Shown in pieces: positions 12,372 through 26,088 of a stretch of DNA of 64,000 nt. The stretch spans positions 61,547,573 to 61,611,572 of the forward strand of contig NC_068983.1 in assembly GCF_001194135.2 (NCBI RefSeq). Direction: 5' to 3'. A program made the position numbers and the translations under genes. Numbering within the stretch: the stretch's first letter is position 1; each line of letters begins with the position of its first letter. A model generated the notes under the pieces. The model did not search any database. It was not told where the DNA came from and saw nothing but the letters and a program-made list of their open reading frames with translations. Source of the stretch: Octopus bimaculoides (lineage: Eukaryota).

Positions 12372-13854
12372 AGATACATGCATTCATTACTGTATCATGC
12401 ATGCATGCACATATACATAATACATGATTGTATAATTTTGACAGATGGTATCTGCCTTAATCAACCTCATTCTGATAATCTCCATTACATTTATGTGTTT
12501 TGAGATAACTCGTAAGACCAGCAATTGACCTGTGCTTGGTACAACCATATGTGACAGATGAGATTCAAAACTTCTATAGGGTTTCTATAGCTTACATGTA
12601 TTAAGTATTTGTTCATACCTGCTTTTGATGAAGTGCAATAAGTCACATTGAACTGACCAGCATAATTTCTATTCATGAAAATATGACAATAACATTAGAA
12701 AAAAGTTTCCTGCCAGCATGTGTTTAGATTTGTGACTATTCACCTCTAACTGGTTAAGCTTGAATGTGTTGCCACACATCCATTGCCACAAGACTTTCAT
12801 AGAGAGACAAGATAAACCAGATGGAAATTGTCAGTGGCACCCTCTACTCTACAAAAGCTGAAGATTGATGTTTTATGCTTTGCGTTGTATGCCAGTCTTC
12901 CAGCTCAAATTTGTTGAGGGCTTGAGGCTTCACCATTAACCACAGTGATATACTAAAACTTCAACATAACATCTTCCGCTCAAGCTTAAAACCAGCCCTG
13001 ATCCCACTCTCTAAGTATCAGTAACTGGAATCCAATGACAAACATTACAAAATGACTGACAGCTCCATTACCTGCAGGTTTGATTTCAGAGTACCCTATC
13101 TCAGACTTTTCCTATCAAAGATACCTACATTTTTTCAGAAATGCACATCTGCTCACAATTGGATGGCCATTGACGCCTATGAGTTCATTAAAACCTTTAA
13201 TGTGTCTTTTTCTTTGTATCTCACAGCGTATCCAAAAAATTAGGCTTGGTGAGGTTACCAGTTTAGTTGTCAATGACTCATCCATGCAACAGGTTGTACT
13301 GAGTTCCATGTTATCAGTAGCATTCTAGAGAGACTTAACATAGCAGACACACAAACATGCATGCGTGCACACACACACACACACACGCACACGCGCGCAC
13401 ACACACACACACATTTATTGTGAAATTGAAGTGCACATTCTATGCTGCTGATGTGGTCATTAAGGATAATTAACCAGACATAAACATCAGTACTGGAAGT
13501 TAGTAAGAACTGCAGTTGATTGTTTTTATAAGTCTCTCGTTATTACAAGCACTGTCTTGGTCTTGTGAGCCATGATACTCAACTCTTCATTACTTTTCAT
13601 ACTGAATATTATGTATTCACTGCACATGATTGCTTATTGTCATGTCATTGTGACCTGAGCATTTGATAGTATTAATTCTAATATTCCAAAACATCAGCTG
13701 AACTACCTTAGTAAAACTACCATATATTTTATATTTTAATATTCAGTTCACTTGTAAGCAGAAATGTAGAAGAGAGGAGGAAGAAAACAAAATGGAATGT
13801 TTTAGATTACGACTTGTCATCTTAAAAAATAAGAAATTGTACTTCAAAGAGAAT

Positions 13855-14255
13855 ATGTATGTATGTATGTATGTATGTGTGTATGTATGTATGTACGTAT
13901 TTATGTATGTATGTATGTATGTCTGCATGTATGTACATATGTATGTGTGTGTGTCTGTGTATATGTGTATGTACGTACATACGTATGTATGTATCTGTGT
14001 GTGTGTGTGTGTGCTTGTATGTACATATGTATGTGTGTATGTATGTACGTATGTACATATGTATGAGTGTGTGTGTGAGTGTGTGTGTGAGTGTGTGTAT
14101 GTGTATGTATATATATATATATGAGCGTGTATGTATGTATATATATCTATGTACATATGTATGTATGTGTGTTTGTATATATGCATGCATCTATGTATCT
14201 ATGTACATACATATGTAAGTATGTATGTGTGTTCGTATGTAAGTATGCATGTATC
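13855..14255. repeat. Degenerate (TATG)/(TG) microsatellite
   Basis: Seen directly; source of spurious MYVC/HTYI ORFs. Confidence 0.95.
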
Positions 14256-14571
14256 NNNNNNNNNNNNNNNNNNNNNNNNNNNNNNNNNNNNNNNNNNNNN
14301 NNNNNNNNNNNNNNNNNNNNNNNNNNNNNNNNNNNNNNNNNNNNNNNNNNNNNNNNNNNNNNNNNNNNNNNNNNNNNNNNNNNNNNNNNNNNNNNNNNNN
14401 NNNNNNNNNNNNNNNNNNNNNNNNNNNNNNNNNNNNNNNNNNNNNNNNNNNNNNNNNNNNNNNNNNNNNNNNNNNNNNNNNNNNNNNNNNNNNNNNNNNN
14501 NNNNNNNNNNNNNNNNNNNNNNNNNNNNNNNNNNNNNNNNNNNNNNNNNNNNNNNNNNNNNNNNNNNNNNN

Positions 14572-14965
14572 GTGGAACTTGTATTTTCAGTATTCTGCAA
14601 TCTCATCATTCACTCTGCTCTTATCTTGAACTACTTCATTTCGGATACACTCTTGCAATGATATTCCTAGCATGGATCTTTCCATGGCCCTTTGCATTGT
14701 AGCTAATCGATGTTCTTTCTTTGTAGTAGTCCAGATCTCACTTGTGTGTAAGAGTGCAGATAGAATTATTCCATTGAAGTGACTAAAAACAGAATGCAGT
14801 CTGAAGACATAGCACAAGGCTGAACAGAGGTGAGACATGATGAAATCAAGAAGTTAATAGAGTGCATCTACTTGGAGCACACAAACATGGCACTTGAATA
14901 AAGGATGCTGAAACATTGCAGAAGATAAGGGCAGGATGGAAGGAATTTACCTTGATGAACAATGT
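14572..14965. mobile_element. RTE-clade LINE fragment with internal inversion
   Basis: Minus 14572-14790: LLHTSEIWTTTKKEHRLATMQRAMERSMLGISL. Plus 14845-14965: ECIYLEH...IRAGWKEF, the segment that precedes it in RTE proteins. Confidence 0.75.
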
Positions 14966-15305
14966 ACATACATATACACAATGTGGTGTTACATGTGGTG
15001 TTATGGGCTGTGATGAGCTATGTGCTGTTGGTGGAGAGGGATCGCGGATGAAGCAAACGGAAGTGAAGACTGCAGGGGCCAGCGGAAGTCGTCACAGGCG
15101 GATGCGTGGACAGCGAGCACATATGGTCAGTTCGAGCAGAGACGGCATGCGTAGAAGTCATGGTTTGATCTGGAGTGATCGTTTATCCCGCCACGGTTGA
15201 CAAGGTAAAATCACTGTATTTCTTTCTCCCTTTTGCTTCTCGTTGTCTTTTTCCTCCATCACACCACACACACATACATACAAATATATATATGTGTGTA
15301 TATAG

Positions 15306-15339
<34 letters not shown>

Positions 15340-15340
<1 letters not shown>

Positions 15341-15660
15341 AGAAGGCATGTGGGTTTGTGGCTTGGGTATTTGGTTCATGATCATAAGCTGGTGAGTTCA
15401 ATTCCTGGTGTTGTATTGTGTCTTTGAGCAAGGTGCTTTATTTCACCTTACTCCAGTCCACTCAGTTGGCAAAAATGAGAAGTACCTGTAATTCAAACAG
15501 TCAGTCTTGTCACATTCTGTGTCACACTGAATCTCCCTGAGAATTATGTTAAGTGTACATGTGTCTGTGGAGTACTCAACCACTTGCAAGTTAATTTCAC
15601 GAGCAGGCTGTTCTGTTGATTGGATCAACTGGAACTCTTGTTGTAACTCATAGAGCACTG
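15340..15660 (+). mobile_element. CORE-like tRNA SINE
   Basis: gagttcaattcc B box, then gtgtctttgagcaaggtgctttatttcac...ccagtccactcag. Confidence 0.7.
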
Positions 15661-16063
15661 GTTTATATGTATGTATGTATATGTATGTATGTATATGTTG
15701 CTCTCCCTCTGTATTTTTTTACTTGCACATGTACACATACACACACACACTCACACACACACATGTAAATAGAGAGACAGAGAATTAGAGAGTGAAATAA
15801 AGAGAAGNNNNNNNNNNNNNNNNNNNNNNNNNNNNNNNNNNNNNNNNNNNNNNNNNNNNNNNNNNNNNNNNNNNNNNNNNNNNNNNNNNNNNNNNNNNNN
15901 NNNNNNNACACATGTAAATAGAGAGACAGAGAATTAGAGAGTGAAATAAAGAGAAGGAGGGAGAGAGAGGGATCGTTAATTTTTATTTCTTAGTATTTCT
16001 TATAATGCGGTCATTTATTTGGTATTTTCTTTTAATAATAATGATGGTGATGATAATAATAAT

Positions 16064-16908
16064 AGTGCACAAGACCAAAGCCTCCCCACCAGAAATTACC
16101 AAAAACATATAATGAAAAGAAACATAACAAGTAACTGTAGAATATGTGGAGATGGACAAGAAACAATAAATCATATCTCTGGCTGCCCAGTCCTGGCTAA
16201 GAAGGAATATATTCACAGACATGACAAAGCTGGGACCTATATACACTGGAAGCTATGCCAACACTATGGAATAACAACAGAAAAAAGATGGTATAAACAC
16301 ACGCCAGGAAAGGTCACAAAAAACGAGAAAGCAACCATACTCTGGGATATGCCAATACACACAGATAGAGAAATTAAGGAAAATAGACCAGATATAGTTG
16401 TCAAAGATCATGNNNNNNNNNNNNNNNNNNNNNNNNNNNNNNNNNNNNNNNNNNNNNNNNNNNNNNNNNNNNNNNNNNNNNNNNNNNNNNNNNNNNNNNN
16501 NNNNNNNNNNNNNNNNNNNNNNNNNNNNNNNNNNNNNNNNNNNNNNNNNNNNNNNNNNNNNNNNNNNNNNNNNNNNNNNNNNNNNNNNNNNNNNNNNNNN
16601 NNNNNNNNNNNNNNNNNNNNNNNNNNNNNNNNNNNNNNNNNNNNNNNNNNNNCCTATCATAGTAGGTGCCTTAGGTATAATAAAAAAATATTCAGACAAA
16701 TACATAACAAAAACACCAGGACTTACAAATATATATAACATACAGAAAATTGCACTACTGGGCACTGCACACATCCTACGCAAAACACTTTCTATACAGT
16801 AACCATAAGAGCATCACAGCAAACCACAGCACATACCCAAGGCACACAGAGCTGCGCTCGGTAGTGAAGTGAAAGCACGTTATAAAAATAAAACTACTGA
16901 ACAATAAC

Positions 16909-16943
<35 letters not shown>
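16064..16943 (+). mobile_element. 5'-truncated R4/Dong-type LINE (CCHC finger + restriction-like endonuclease) inserted in (AAT)n
   Basis: CRICGDGQETINHISGC finger, RHD, ILWD, RPDIVV (RLE) and PIIVGALG...ALLGTAHILRK. AAT repeats at the 5' junction and a (TAA)n tail at 16903-16943. Confidence 0.92.
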
Positions 16944-16945
<2 letters not shown>

Positions 16946-17019
16946 GCAAAAACAACAACATCCGCAACAATAATCTTCTCAACAACTCTAATGAAACAAT
17001 ATCCATTTTCTTCACCTCC

Positions 17020-17440
17020 CAATCTCCTCGATCACCTTGAGTTATCTATCAATCTTAGGTTTCATCTCATTTGTTCCATAAATCAACCATAAATAGGTAA
17101 TGGAGCAGCTGAGAAAAAATTATGTTCACATCACAGAAATAGCAAACATACTCAGTGAAAACGTCTCAAGATTCCTCTTGTTACATTCTCCAACGTAACT
17201 TCCTTTCTGAATAACAAGCAACTAAATATCAAAGAAATTATTCCACCTCTCTGTAAATGTCTCCATTAGAATAGCTGCTGGCAGAATAGGAACAAAAGTG
17301 GTGTTCGTATATTTTTTTATCATTTTCATTTTCATGAATATGCCAATGTATGATTTTGTTTCTTATATTCTCTCAATCATTTTCCCATCAAGCTTTTTTT
17401 CTTCTTTGCAGTTTCTCCAAGAGAATTGTTTTATTTTATT
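17020..17440 (-). mobile_element. Highly decayed L1-type APE endonuclease fragment
   Basis: Minus strand motif remnants IKQFSW.N, IYGTN (cf. NIYAPN) and GDW (cf. GDFN). The plus ORF 17298-17831 is its antisense shadow. Confidence 0.4.
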
Positions 17441-17944
17441 ATTAGATTTTGATTTATTTTATTATACATTTTCTTCTCTTCTATTTTTATATATTTTATA
17501 TTTTTTTCCCCAAAACGTTGAAATCAAATTCTCCTTGTTACAATATTTTTTCTTTCCAGCTGATTCAACTATGATCTGCCATGTCATATTTTTCCATTTA
17601 GTACTTTTCTTACTGCTAACAATTATGACATACCTGCAAAGACATACATCTACTTGCTATTTCTTCATGTTTTCTAATGATTTCTTCTTCCTAGGAAAGA
17701 CATTACTACATTACTTTCCACTTGGCATTAAATCTGAACCATCACTGTGGATATTACTTCTTGGCTGGTTCATTCAAATATCAAAAATAAATCTAAAGGA
17801 ATGGGATAACAATCATCTTTATTTGATGTAACAATAATCAATGATATATAATAAATTCTTGTTTTGGTATTATGCACTTGTGTTGTTCATGTCTTTTGCA
17901 ATAACATTACAAAAGATGAAAGTAATATTAAGCTTTACTCTCTC

Positions 17945-18341
17945 TTTTACTCTTTTACTTGTTTCAGTCATTCAACTTTGGCCGTGCTGGAGCACCGCCT
18001 TTAGTTGAATCAAATCGACCCCAGGACTTATTCTTTGTAAGCCTAGTACTTATTCTATCAGTCTCTTTTGCCGAACCGCTAAGTTATGGGGACCTAAACA
18101 CACCAGCATCAGTTGTCAAGCGATGTTAGGGCGACAAACACAGACACACAAACCTATACACACACATACATATATACATATATACGATGGGCTTCTTTCA
18201 GTTTCCGTCTACCAAATCCCCTCACAAGGCTTTGGTTGGCCTGAGGCTATAGTAGAAGACACTTGCCCAAGGTGCCAACAGTGGGACTGAACCCGAGACC
18301 ATGTGGTTGTTAAGCAAGCTACTTACTACACAGCCACTCCT
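17945..18341 (-). mobile_element. Full-length tRNA-derived SINE with internal (CA/TA) microsatellite
   Basis: Head aggagtggctgtgtagtaagtagc...gggttcagtcccac (A and B boxes), internal microsatellite, tail gactgaaacaagtaaaagagtaaaag. Confidence 0.85.
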
Positions 18342-18589
18342 TAAAAATTACTTTGTATTTCTTCTCAAACTTCCGAATTTTAAAGCTTTTATGTAATCAT
18401 TAATAATTCAGGCATAAAGCCAAGAGTTTTGAGGGTGGGGGTTCATTGCATCAATACCAGCACTTGACTAGTATTATATTTTATTGACAGAGGACCAAGA
18501 TATCTAGTGCCTTGCTCAATGCAAGACCTGTCCTCCACAACAGAGTAGTTAATGCCACTTCTCCCCTGCTGAAGAAGATTAGCCTGCAA

Positions 18590-18895
18590 GAGCCCTGTGC
18601 TGGTGCCAAATAAAAAGCTTCTTTGCCAGTGCCATATGATAGCACTCATGCTGGTGCCATGCAAAAGCACCTATGCTGGTGTCACATAAGAGACACCCAG
18701 CACAATTTGTAAAGTGGTTGGTGTTAGGAAGGGCATCTAGCCATAGAAACCATGTCACATCAGACTGGAATCTGATGCAGCTCTCCTGCTTGCTGACTCT
18801 GGTCAAATTGTCCAATCCATGCCAGCATGGAAAAGAGATATTAAATGACAATGGCAACGATGATGAAAATGATGATGATGATGATGATGATGACT
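18590..18895 (+). mobile_element. (GAT)n-tailed SINE 3' part
   Basis: ggttggtgttaggaagggcatc...ccatgccagcatggaaa...gatgatgat. Confidence 0.75.
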
Positions 18896-19564
18896 CTGAA
18901 AGTATGAAAGGCAAAGTTGACTTCAGCATTTGAACACAGAACGCAAAGAGTTGGTCAAAATGCTACCGGGCACTTTTTTTTTTAATGCTGCAATGATTCT
19001 GTCAATCTACCACCCTAAAGATGTAATATAGTAATAAGATGTTCTTATTGATGGATCCCATTGTTGGTTTGAGCTGACCCGAAGCTGAAAAACAATGCAC
19101 TTAAAACTGAAAAATAGTTCATTAGCATACAGGCCTGAGCTTAATCACTTCATTAGAGGTAGTTAGAAGAAATGTTGCATTCAATAGATCTTATCCAGAA
19201 GGCTGACTACCTGTTGATAATATGCACAAACATGAACACTCAAATGGTTGATGATCATCTAATAAAACAATCATGAAAGAAAAAGAAAAGTTCAATAAAT
19301 GCATGTTTGATCCTGTGTAGAAATGTGGAGTGAATATTTTGTGAAGTTACAGCTATACCATAGGACTGTTCAGTCGAACCTGTCTTCTGTGACTCAAACA
19401 ACAAAAGTCAGAAAAAAACCTTGCAGTATTCCTTCACCAATGTAAATAGTAGGATTTGGTAAATCTTCTCTGATATCTTCTCATATAATATTAAATTGGT
19501 TATCTGGTTTTGTGTTACAAACAGTATCAACTGTAAGAAACTGATATTTTTCTTCAACAAATAG

Positions 19565-19726
19565 GCACAAGCATGGCTGTGTGATAAGAAGTTTGCTTCC
19601 TAGCTACATGGTTCCAGGTTTAATCCCACAGCATAGTACCTTGGGTAAGTGACTTCTACTATAGCCTTGGGCCGACTGAAGCCTTGTGAATAGATTTGGT
19701 AGATAGAAACTGAAAAAAGTCCGTTG

Positions 19727-19783
<57 letters not shown>

Positions 19784-20000
19784 ATATGTGTCTTTGTGTC
19801 TATGTTTGTCCTCCACCACCACTTGAAAACTGGTATTGATGTGTTTACATCCTGGTAGCTTAACAGTTTAACAAAAGAGACCGAGAGAATAAGTATCAAG
19901 CTTTAAAAAAAAATAAGTATTAGGGTCAATTCATTCGGCTGTAAATTCTTCAAGGTGGTACCCCAGTATGGTCGCAATATAATGAGTAAAACAAGTAAAA
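19565..20000 (+). mobile_element. tRNA-derived SINE, same family as 17945-18341
   Basis: ggctgtgtgataagaagtttgc...caggtttaatcccac; internal (TG)n; tail aaacaagtaaaag. Confidence 0.8.
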
Positions 20001-20199
20001 GGTAAAAAATAAATACACACATGCGCACACACACACACACACACACACGCACACACACACACACACACGCATGTGTATGCATGTCATTGTTCAGTTTTAT
20101 TTCAAGATTTCTTGCCAATAGAGAAAGAACTGGTTTCTAACCTAAATCCAAAGCTCCTTCATTGGAATTTCAACATAAACAACAGGGTATTTTTGTATG

Positions 20200-22385
20200 T
20201 ATGGATGTATGTATATGTGCAGATTTGTATGTTGTGTTTTATGTATATATTTTTATGCATATAGCTGCATATCTAGATGTGCTCATATATATTTAATTGA
20301 TAAACTTCTGGGAAATTTTACAGATTTTTACAGTTCCAGTGATGGATTGGATCTATAGTCTTAGAATTAGCTTCCACCTTTCTGGTTTTGAGAAGACTAA
20401 TGTCTCAAGATTGGTATTTAGGCAGTGTGTTATGTATTGCAAGGTCCCAATAATTACAGGTATAAACCTGAACTTCTAATCTGCAGATTTCTCAATAGAT
20501 CAGCATGGATATTCTCTTTTTCACTGATCTTCAGCTTTATGTTAACACCTGCTGAGCAGCTAATTTTCACAACTGTCCACACTTTCTCTTTTCTATTCCA
20601 AATCATTATATCAGGCCTGTTGTGCTTTCACTGTTGAGGTTTTCACTGGGACATTCCACCAGTACTCCTTTTTATTATGTGTGGTTATGGCTTCTACCGT
20701 ACTGTTCTGTGGGTTATCCTTCTGATGGATTTCATTATAGAGTGTCCTAGCTACAACATCATGTCTCATCGGTAGATAATACCATGATGACATTATTGGA
20801 CATCTGCTTAAGATGTGGGTGATATCTTCAGTGTTAACTCCAGAAAGTCTGCATCGGTTGTCACAGTTTATTGGTTTTCTTGCATCTCTATCCCTTTTGT
20901 GTATCAGGTATATGGTTAATATTTCTTGTTCCTGGATTGCAAACACATACCCTTCAAAGCAGGAGGTAGTAATCCAGCTATTGGTCCATGACAGACTGCT
21001 TTGATGATCAATATTACTATCATCTCAGAGCTTTCTATTAACATATTCATGCATAATCTTCTGCTCATATAGGCCCATTCTTTCATCTGATGATATGTTG
21101 TGGTAGAGTCATGTGACTTCTTTGGGTATGTATTTAAGGTTATCAGACAAGGAATGTTGCTCAACGACCTGCTTTTCAAGTCTTATGTTGTTATCAGCCA
21201 CATATATGCAAACTTGGTCAAGGGATGCACTTTAACACTTTGTGGTTAAAAGATGTTACTGAAAGGATATGATATGACACTCAAAGGCATTTTGGATCAA
21301 CGTTAAGCCTCTGCCGCCTTGTTTTCATTTTAGGTAGGGGTGGTTTACATCACTTTATGTGGAAATTATGTGTGCTTGTTAGTATTTTTCGGGTTTTCTC
21401 ATCAATAGCTCAGATCTCATCAACCATCTAATCAAGCAGCCCAAATGTTGGTATGTTTACTGGCACTGCAAATACATTGGGGCTACTGTTTTATTGAATG
21501 CAAAGAGTTTTGAGGTCCAAATTTTCTTTATTTGGTTGTTATATTCTTTAGTGACACATGTTTTGTTACAAGTGCCATTGTAAGATATGTTTTCATCCAC
21601 TCCTAGACACCTGTAACATTCTTCATCAGATATAGGGGAAACGGTCAAATCATTGCTGGAGATGTTGCTAGTCTGGTTTATAGTTTTCACCCTTTTCACG
21701 ACCGTCCAACCCTACATCCTTTGGAAATGTTGTAACTAGGTCAAGGCTCTTTTTCATCTCATGCATATTCTTTGCATAAAGTTTCAAGTTATCCACAAAG
21801 AAACAGTGTGTAATTTTGGTATATCAGTTTCCTTGTGAACCAGTGAGATATCCTTCAGACTTCCTTAACATGAATAACAAGGTGTTTAAAGAAAGTATAA
21901 ATAACATCACAGAGAGGCTGTCCCCTTGTAATAAGCCTTTGTGATAATGCATTCTATCAGTGATAATACAGTCACTCTTTGTGTTTCAAGATGGTGGCCC
22001 ACGATGAAGTCAGGTCAGCTATGGCTTTGACTATGCTCACTGGAACTTTAGCAAGTTGAAGGGCCTCTAGCATCCGTGAGTGGAGAACAAAGTCAAAGGC
22101 TTTCTTGTAGTCTAGCCACATTGAAACTAGGTTCCTCCTATGTACTTGCACCTCTGACATCACAGTTTTCTTGATTAACAATTGCTCGGTACATCCCCAG
22201 ACTCCCTTCTTCCCAGCTGCTTGTTCTGCTGTGATGATGTTATTGGTTTCACAATGGTCCTGGGAGAAGAGGTTTAAGCATGCTGTATATATCTTATACA
22301 TTAAGTTCTGGTATGCAATTGGCCGGTAGCATTTTGCAATGTGGGTGGTTCTGTATTTGAGGACCAATTTTGTCTCTGCCAGAGC
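20200..22385 (-). mobile_element. Degenerate RLE LINE (R4/Dong/NeSL-like) bounded by (CATA)n
   Basis: YRPIAYQNLMYK, EQAAG..G.WGCTEQLL, WLDYKKAFD, LLQGDSLS, CRLSG...ITHILSRC, RHD and RPDIMIW. TATG repeats at ~22388-22405 and ~20195-20215. Confidence 0.88.
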
Positions 22386-22802
22386 TAATGTATGTATGTA
22401 TGTAAATACAAACTGGATTCATCATGAATTAAATAAACAAAAGTGTCAAGTAGAAATAGATAAATGACTGGGCTTGTTAATAATTTCTTTCAAAAAATAT
22501 CATCAAGTTAATAATATCCTCGATTCTTAAAAGAAAACTTAAAAAAGACAGAAGACAAAAGAGAAAAAAATCCTATATTGAGAATGAAACATTAGCTCAG
22601 TTTTTGTTGATGTTTCCTGGCTTGAAAGAAATGTGACTTGTTTACAACACAATTTCAAAGTAGAATGGCTGTTTATATTTGCAACTGAATTGGATGAGGG
22701 TTGTGGAACATGAAAGCTCCTGGCAAGTTTAGATTGTAAACTGATTTCAATTGATGGAAGTCACTTAAGCTTTTGATGCCTTTGGTGATACACACACACA
22801 AA

Positions 22803-22858
<56 letters not shown>

Positions 22859-23329
22859 CACATGATACAGCTTCTTAGTTTCTGTTTCTATAGCAACAAA
22901 GAGTTTCTCTAGGTGTTTCTCTTGTTGTATTGATCAAACTTAAGGAATGAATATGATGTTGCATGGTATAGAGACAAGGGTCCTGAATGTAGAAGATAAG
23001 AGGGAGAAATGAGTATGTAATATAAACCTGCATAAAAATGAGACCATGGTGGGGAGAGAGGGAGAGAGAGAGAGAGAGAGACAGAGAGGGGAGAGAGAGA
23101 GAGACAGAGAGAGAGAGAGAAAGAAAGAGAAAAGCTGGTTATTATTAATTTTAATGTAAACAAAAACAACTGTACTGGAGTGGGAAAATATAGAAGTGTT
23201 GAAATCAGATTGATCTTTGGCTGGTGGATTGCACATATGAGATGACAAAAGATCACAATGAATAATGATACAAGTATGACAATCTCTTCATCTTACAAAA
23301 AAAAAAAGGATAAAGCTCCTTCTTTAGTC

Positions 23330-23550
23330 ATATAGACTCATAGCATCAGTTTCCCAGATTCTCTGGTCCACACCCTACTCCTCACTGGACAAGAGGCCAG
23401 TCCATCCCAAGGATACTCATCTTTGCTTGCTGAGTGGATTGGAACAACTTGAAATGAAGTGTTTTCTCTCAAGAACACAATGCATCGCTTGGAATTGAAA
23501 CCACAATCTTATGATTATAAATCCAACACTTTAACTAAGCTGTATGCCTC
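23330..23550 (-). mobile_element. CORE-like SINE fragment
   Basis: Similar to 11065-11440. Confidence 0.6.
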
Positions 23551-23589
23551 CTTCAACAGAATATAAAAATGGATGTTAAGGTGTACACA

Positions 23590-23762
23590 CACACACACAC
23601 ACACATATACATATATATACCACAGGCTTCTTCCAGTTTCCATCTACCAAATCCACACACAAGGCTTAGAAGAAGACAATTGCCCAAGGTGCCATGCAGT
23701 GGGACTGAACCAGGAACCATGCAGTTTGGGAAGCAAGCTTCTTACCACACAGCCATGCCTGC
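23590..23762 (-). mobile_element. tRNA-SINE 5' half
   Basis: Head ggcatggctgtgtggtaagaagcttgc...ggttcagtcccac. Confidence 0.75.
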
Positions 23763-23774
23763 ATCTATATATAT

Positions 23775-23878
23775 CATCATCATCATCATCATCGTTTAAC
23801 GTCCGCTTTCCATGCTAGCATGGGTTGGACGATTTGACTGAGGACTGGTGAAACCGGATGGCAACACCAGGCTCCATA
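23775..23878 (-). mobile_element. (GAT)n-tailed SINE 3' stub
   Basis: catcatcgtttaacgtccgctttccatgctagcatggg. Confidence 0.8.
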
Positions 23879-23887
23879 TAAATATAA

Positions 23888-23949
<62 letters not shown>

Positions 23950-24419
23950 AAATGGGACAAGAGAACAAAACATCTGGACAGTTAGGTGATACAAAAATGG
24001 GACAACAAAACATCCAGACAGACGATACAAAGAAATCAAGGACAAGTTATTCAAAGTTTTCTTTCCTCAGTCGAGTACCAGATTATCTTCGCAATTTCAG
24101 CTGATTATACTTGAGATTGCTCCAATCTGGCCAGCCTCAAGGAAAAGCTAAGCTAAGGGCATTAGATTCCTTGGAAGAAAGCAGCGAATGTATACAAAAA
24201 CAAGGATGGATAAAATGGACAACGTTACACAAATACAATAAAAATAATAAAAGGACATAACAACAGGAGTCTTTCGACTAAGGACAAATTAAATTAAACT
24301 GGCGTGTGTGGAAATAAAACCTTATGGCAGGGATACAAGATTTCACAGGCACAGGGAGGAATATTGATGCTGCATGGACAACAGCCGGCCAAGAAAGAAA
24401 AATCAGGCTTGGCTGAACG

Positions 24420-24948
24420 CTGGTCAGCATCGCCTTACTGGCACTTGTACTGGTGGCATGTGGAAAACAACATTTGAGCGAGGTCATTGCCAATGCCGCT
24501 GGATTGGCTCCTATGCAGGTGGCATGTAAAAAACACCATTTGAGCGTGGCTATTGCCAGTACCACCTGACTGGCCCTCGTGCTGCTGACACGAAAAAGCT
24601 CCCACTACACTCTCAGAGTGGTTGGTGTTAGGAAAGGCTTCCAGCTGTAGAAACTCTGCTCGATCAGATTGGAGCCTGGTGCAGCCATCTGGCTAGCCAG
24701 TCCTCAGTCAAACCGTCCAACCCATACCAGCATGGAAAGCGGACGTTAAACGATGATGATGATGATGATGTACTGCCGGACTGGCTCCCCTGTTAGTGGC
24801 ACGTAAAAAGCACCCACTACACTCTCGGAGCGGTTGGCGTTAGGAAGGGCATCCAACTGTAGAAACTCTGCTGGATCAGATTGGAGTCTGGTGTTTCCAT
24901 CTGGTTCGCCAGTCCCCAGTCAAATCGTCCAACCCATGCTAGCATAGA
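24420..24948 (+). mobile_element. Two head-to-tail (GAT)n-tailed SINE 3' parts
   Basis: 24420-24770 ends ggacgttaaacgatgatgat; 24771-24948 repeats the same tail region. Confidence 0.8.
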
Positions 24949-26088
24949 TAAAAGGTGACCAGCCATACTTTCTTTGAAAATTTGAAATGAAGAGTACAAC
25001 TTGCATGACTGACCTTTACAGCTATTATGTGATATCAAGGTAAGGAGACAGTAACAAATGCCAATCCCCCTCCCCAATATATATACATGTATGATAATTG
25101 GCCTGGGGCTATAGTAGGAAACATTTGTCCAAAGTGCCATACACTGGAATTGGACCCTAAACCATGTGATTGGGAAGCAAACTTCTTACCATTCGGCCTT
25201 GCCTGCTCCTATATGCATATCTGTCTTTCTGTCTGTCTGTGCATGCATGTATTTAAAGTCTGCCAAGATCATGTTTGCCTTTCATCTCAAAACTGCCTTG
25301 TGCCAAAATTTGAAAGATGTCTATAAAAAAACTCAAACATTAAAATTGTTTTAAAAGAGAAATGGGTGTATTCATTGCAGTTTGCATCGGTACAATACAT
25401 TAAAAACACTCAGGTTCATTAAATGCTCAGGTATTTTCCAACTTCCAGCTTGGAAACTTGCAGCACACCTGCAGATCATATGTAACCCACAAGCATGCCA
25501 TGGTATATATTTTGAAAAGTCTGTTTTGGAGCAAAAGAAAGAAAATATTCCATGTAGAATTAACACTATACAATTGTTTCATAGTCAGCATATTTGCATC
25601 CAGTCTGCATTAAAATACAACCCAGAAATGTGTCACACAATCCCAGTGGATGATAGATTCAATATTGATTGGTGAACTTCTTGTTTAAGAGATTTCTTCT
25701 ATGTAAACAACAATGAAGGAAGATTGGCAAACATCTTGGAAGAAATTTATAGACTGAAGATGAAGAAATATGACTGTTTTAGAGATAAAATTTGAAGGAT
25801 AATTGCAACAGAAGTATGTTTTGTCGAAATTGTAATAAAAAAAGGATAATTCTTGTGAATCTGTCCATATGTTAATGGTTTCAGAATTCAGTAACCTGTG
25901 TGATTTAATAAGAGAATTTACCAAAGATTTCAGACATTTCTAATAATTCAGGCCTTCAACTAAAATGAGATTAGAAGCCAATTCAGGCACTGATATGTCT
26001 CTAAAACTGATCAGAAAAGTAAAAAAAAAAAAAAAAAAAAAATAAGTATTGCATATAATTAGTATGGGTGAATACATTTTCTTGATAC

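Noticed and set aside
12609-12660. Minus-strand mini-exon NYAGQFNVTYCTSSKA (SDR-like)
   Set aside because: Spacing is YxxxxK rather than YxxxK; weak acceptor; no partner exons.
13743-14702. Long ORFs of MYVC/HTYI repeats and X runs
   Set aside because: Translations of microsatellites and N gaps; the same applies to the poly-L/I/Y/A/R ORFs at 26049-26564, 44834-46905 and 57884-58402.
15759-15956. 49-bp direct repeat on both sides of a 100-N gap
   Set aside because: Identical sequence abutting a round-number gap; most likely an unmerged contig overlap.
17298-17831. 177-aa Phe/Leu-rich ORF resembling a membrane protein
   Set aside because: Antisense of A-rich decayed L1-like sequence; composition explained by strand bias.
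23844-23870. CTGAGGA..GAAAC in the (GAT)n SINE tail as a hammerhead
   Set aside because: Helix II is only ~1 bp and there is no UH site or helix III.
24040-24075. Minus-strand CTGAGGA-AAG-AAAA-CTT-TGAATAAC hammerhead-like motif
   Set aside because: Core after helix II is non-canonical and helices I and III do not pair convincingly.
25382-25790. 97-aa ORF that continues in frame past a single TGA
   Set aside because: No recognisable motif or splice support; cannot be distinguished from chance.
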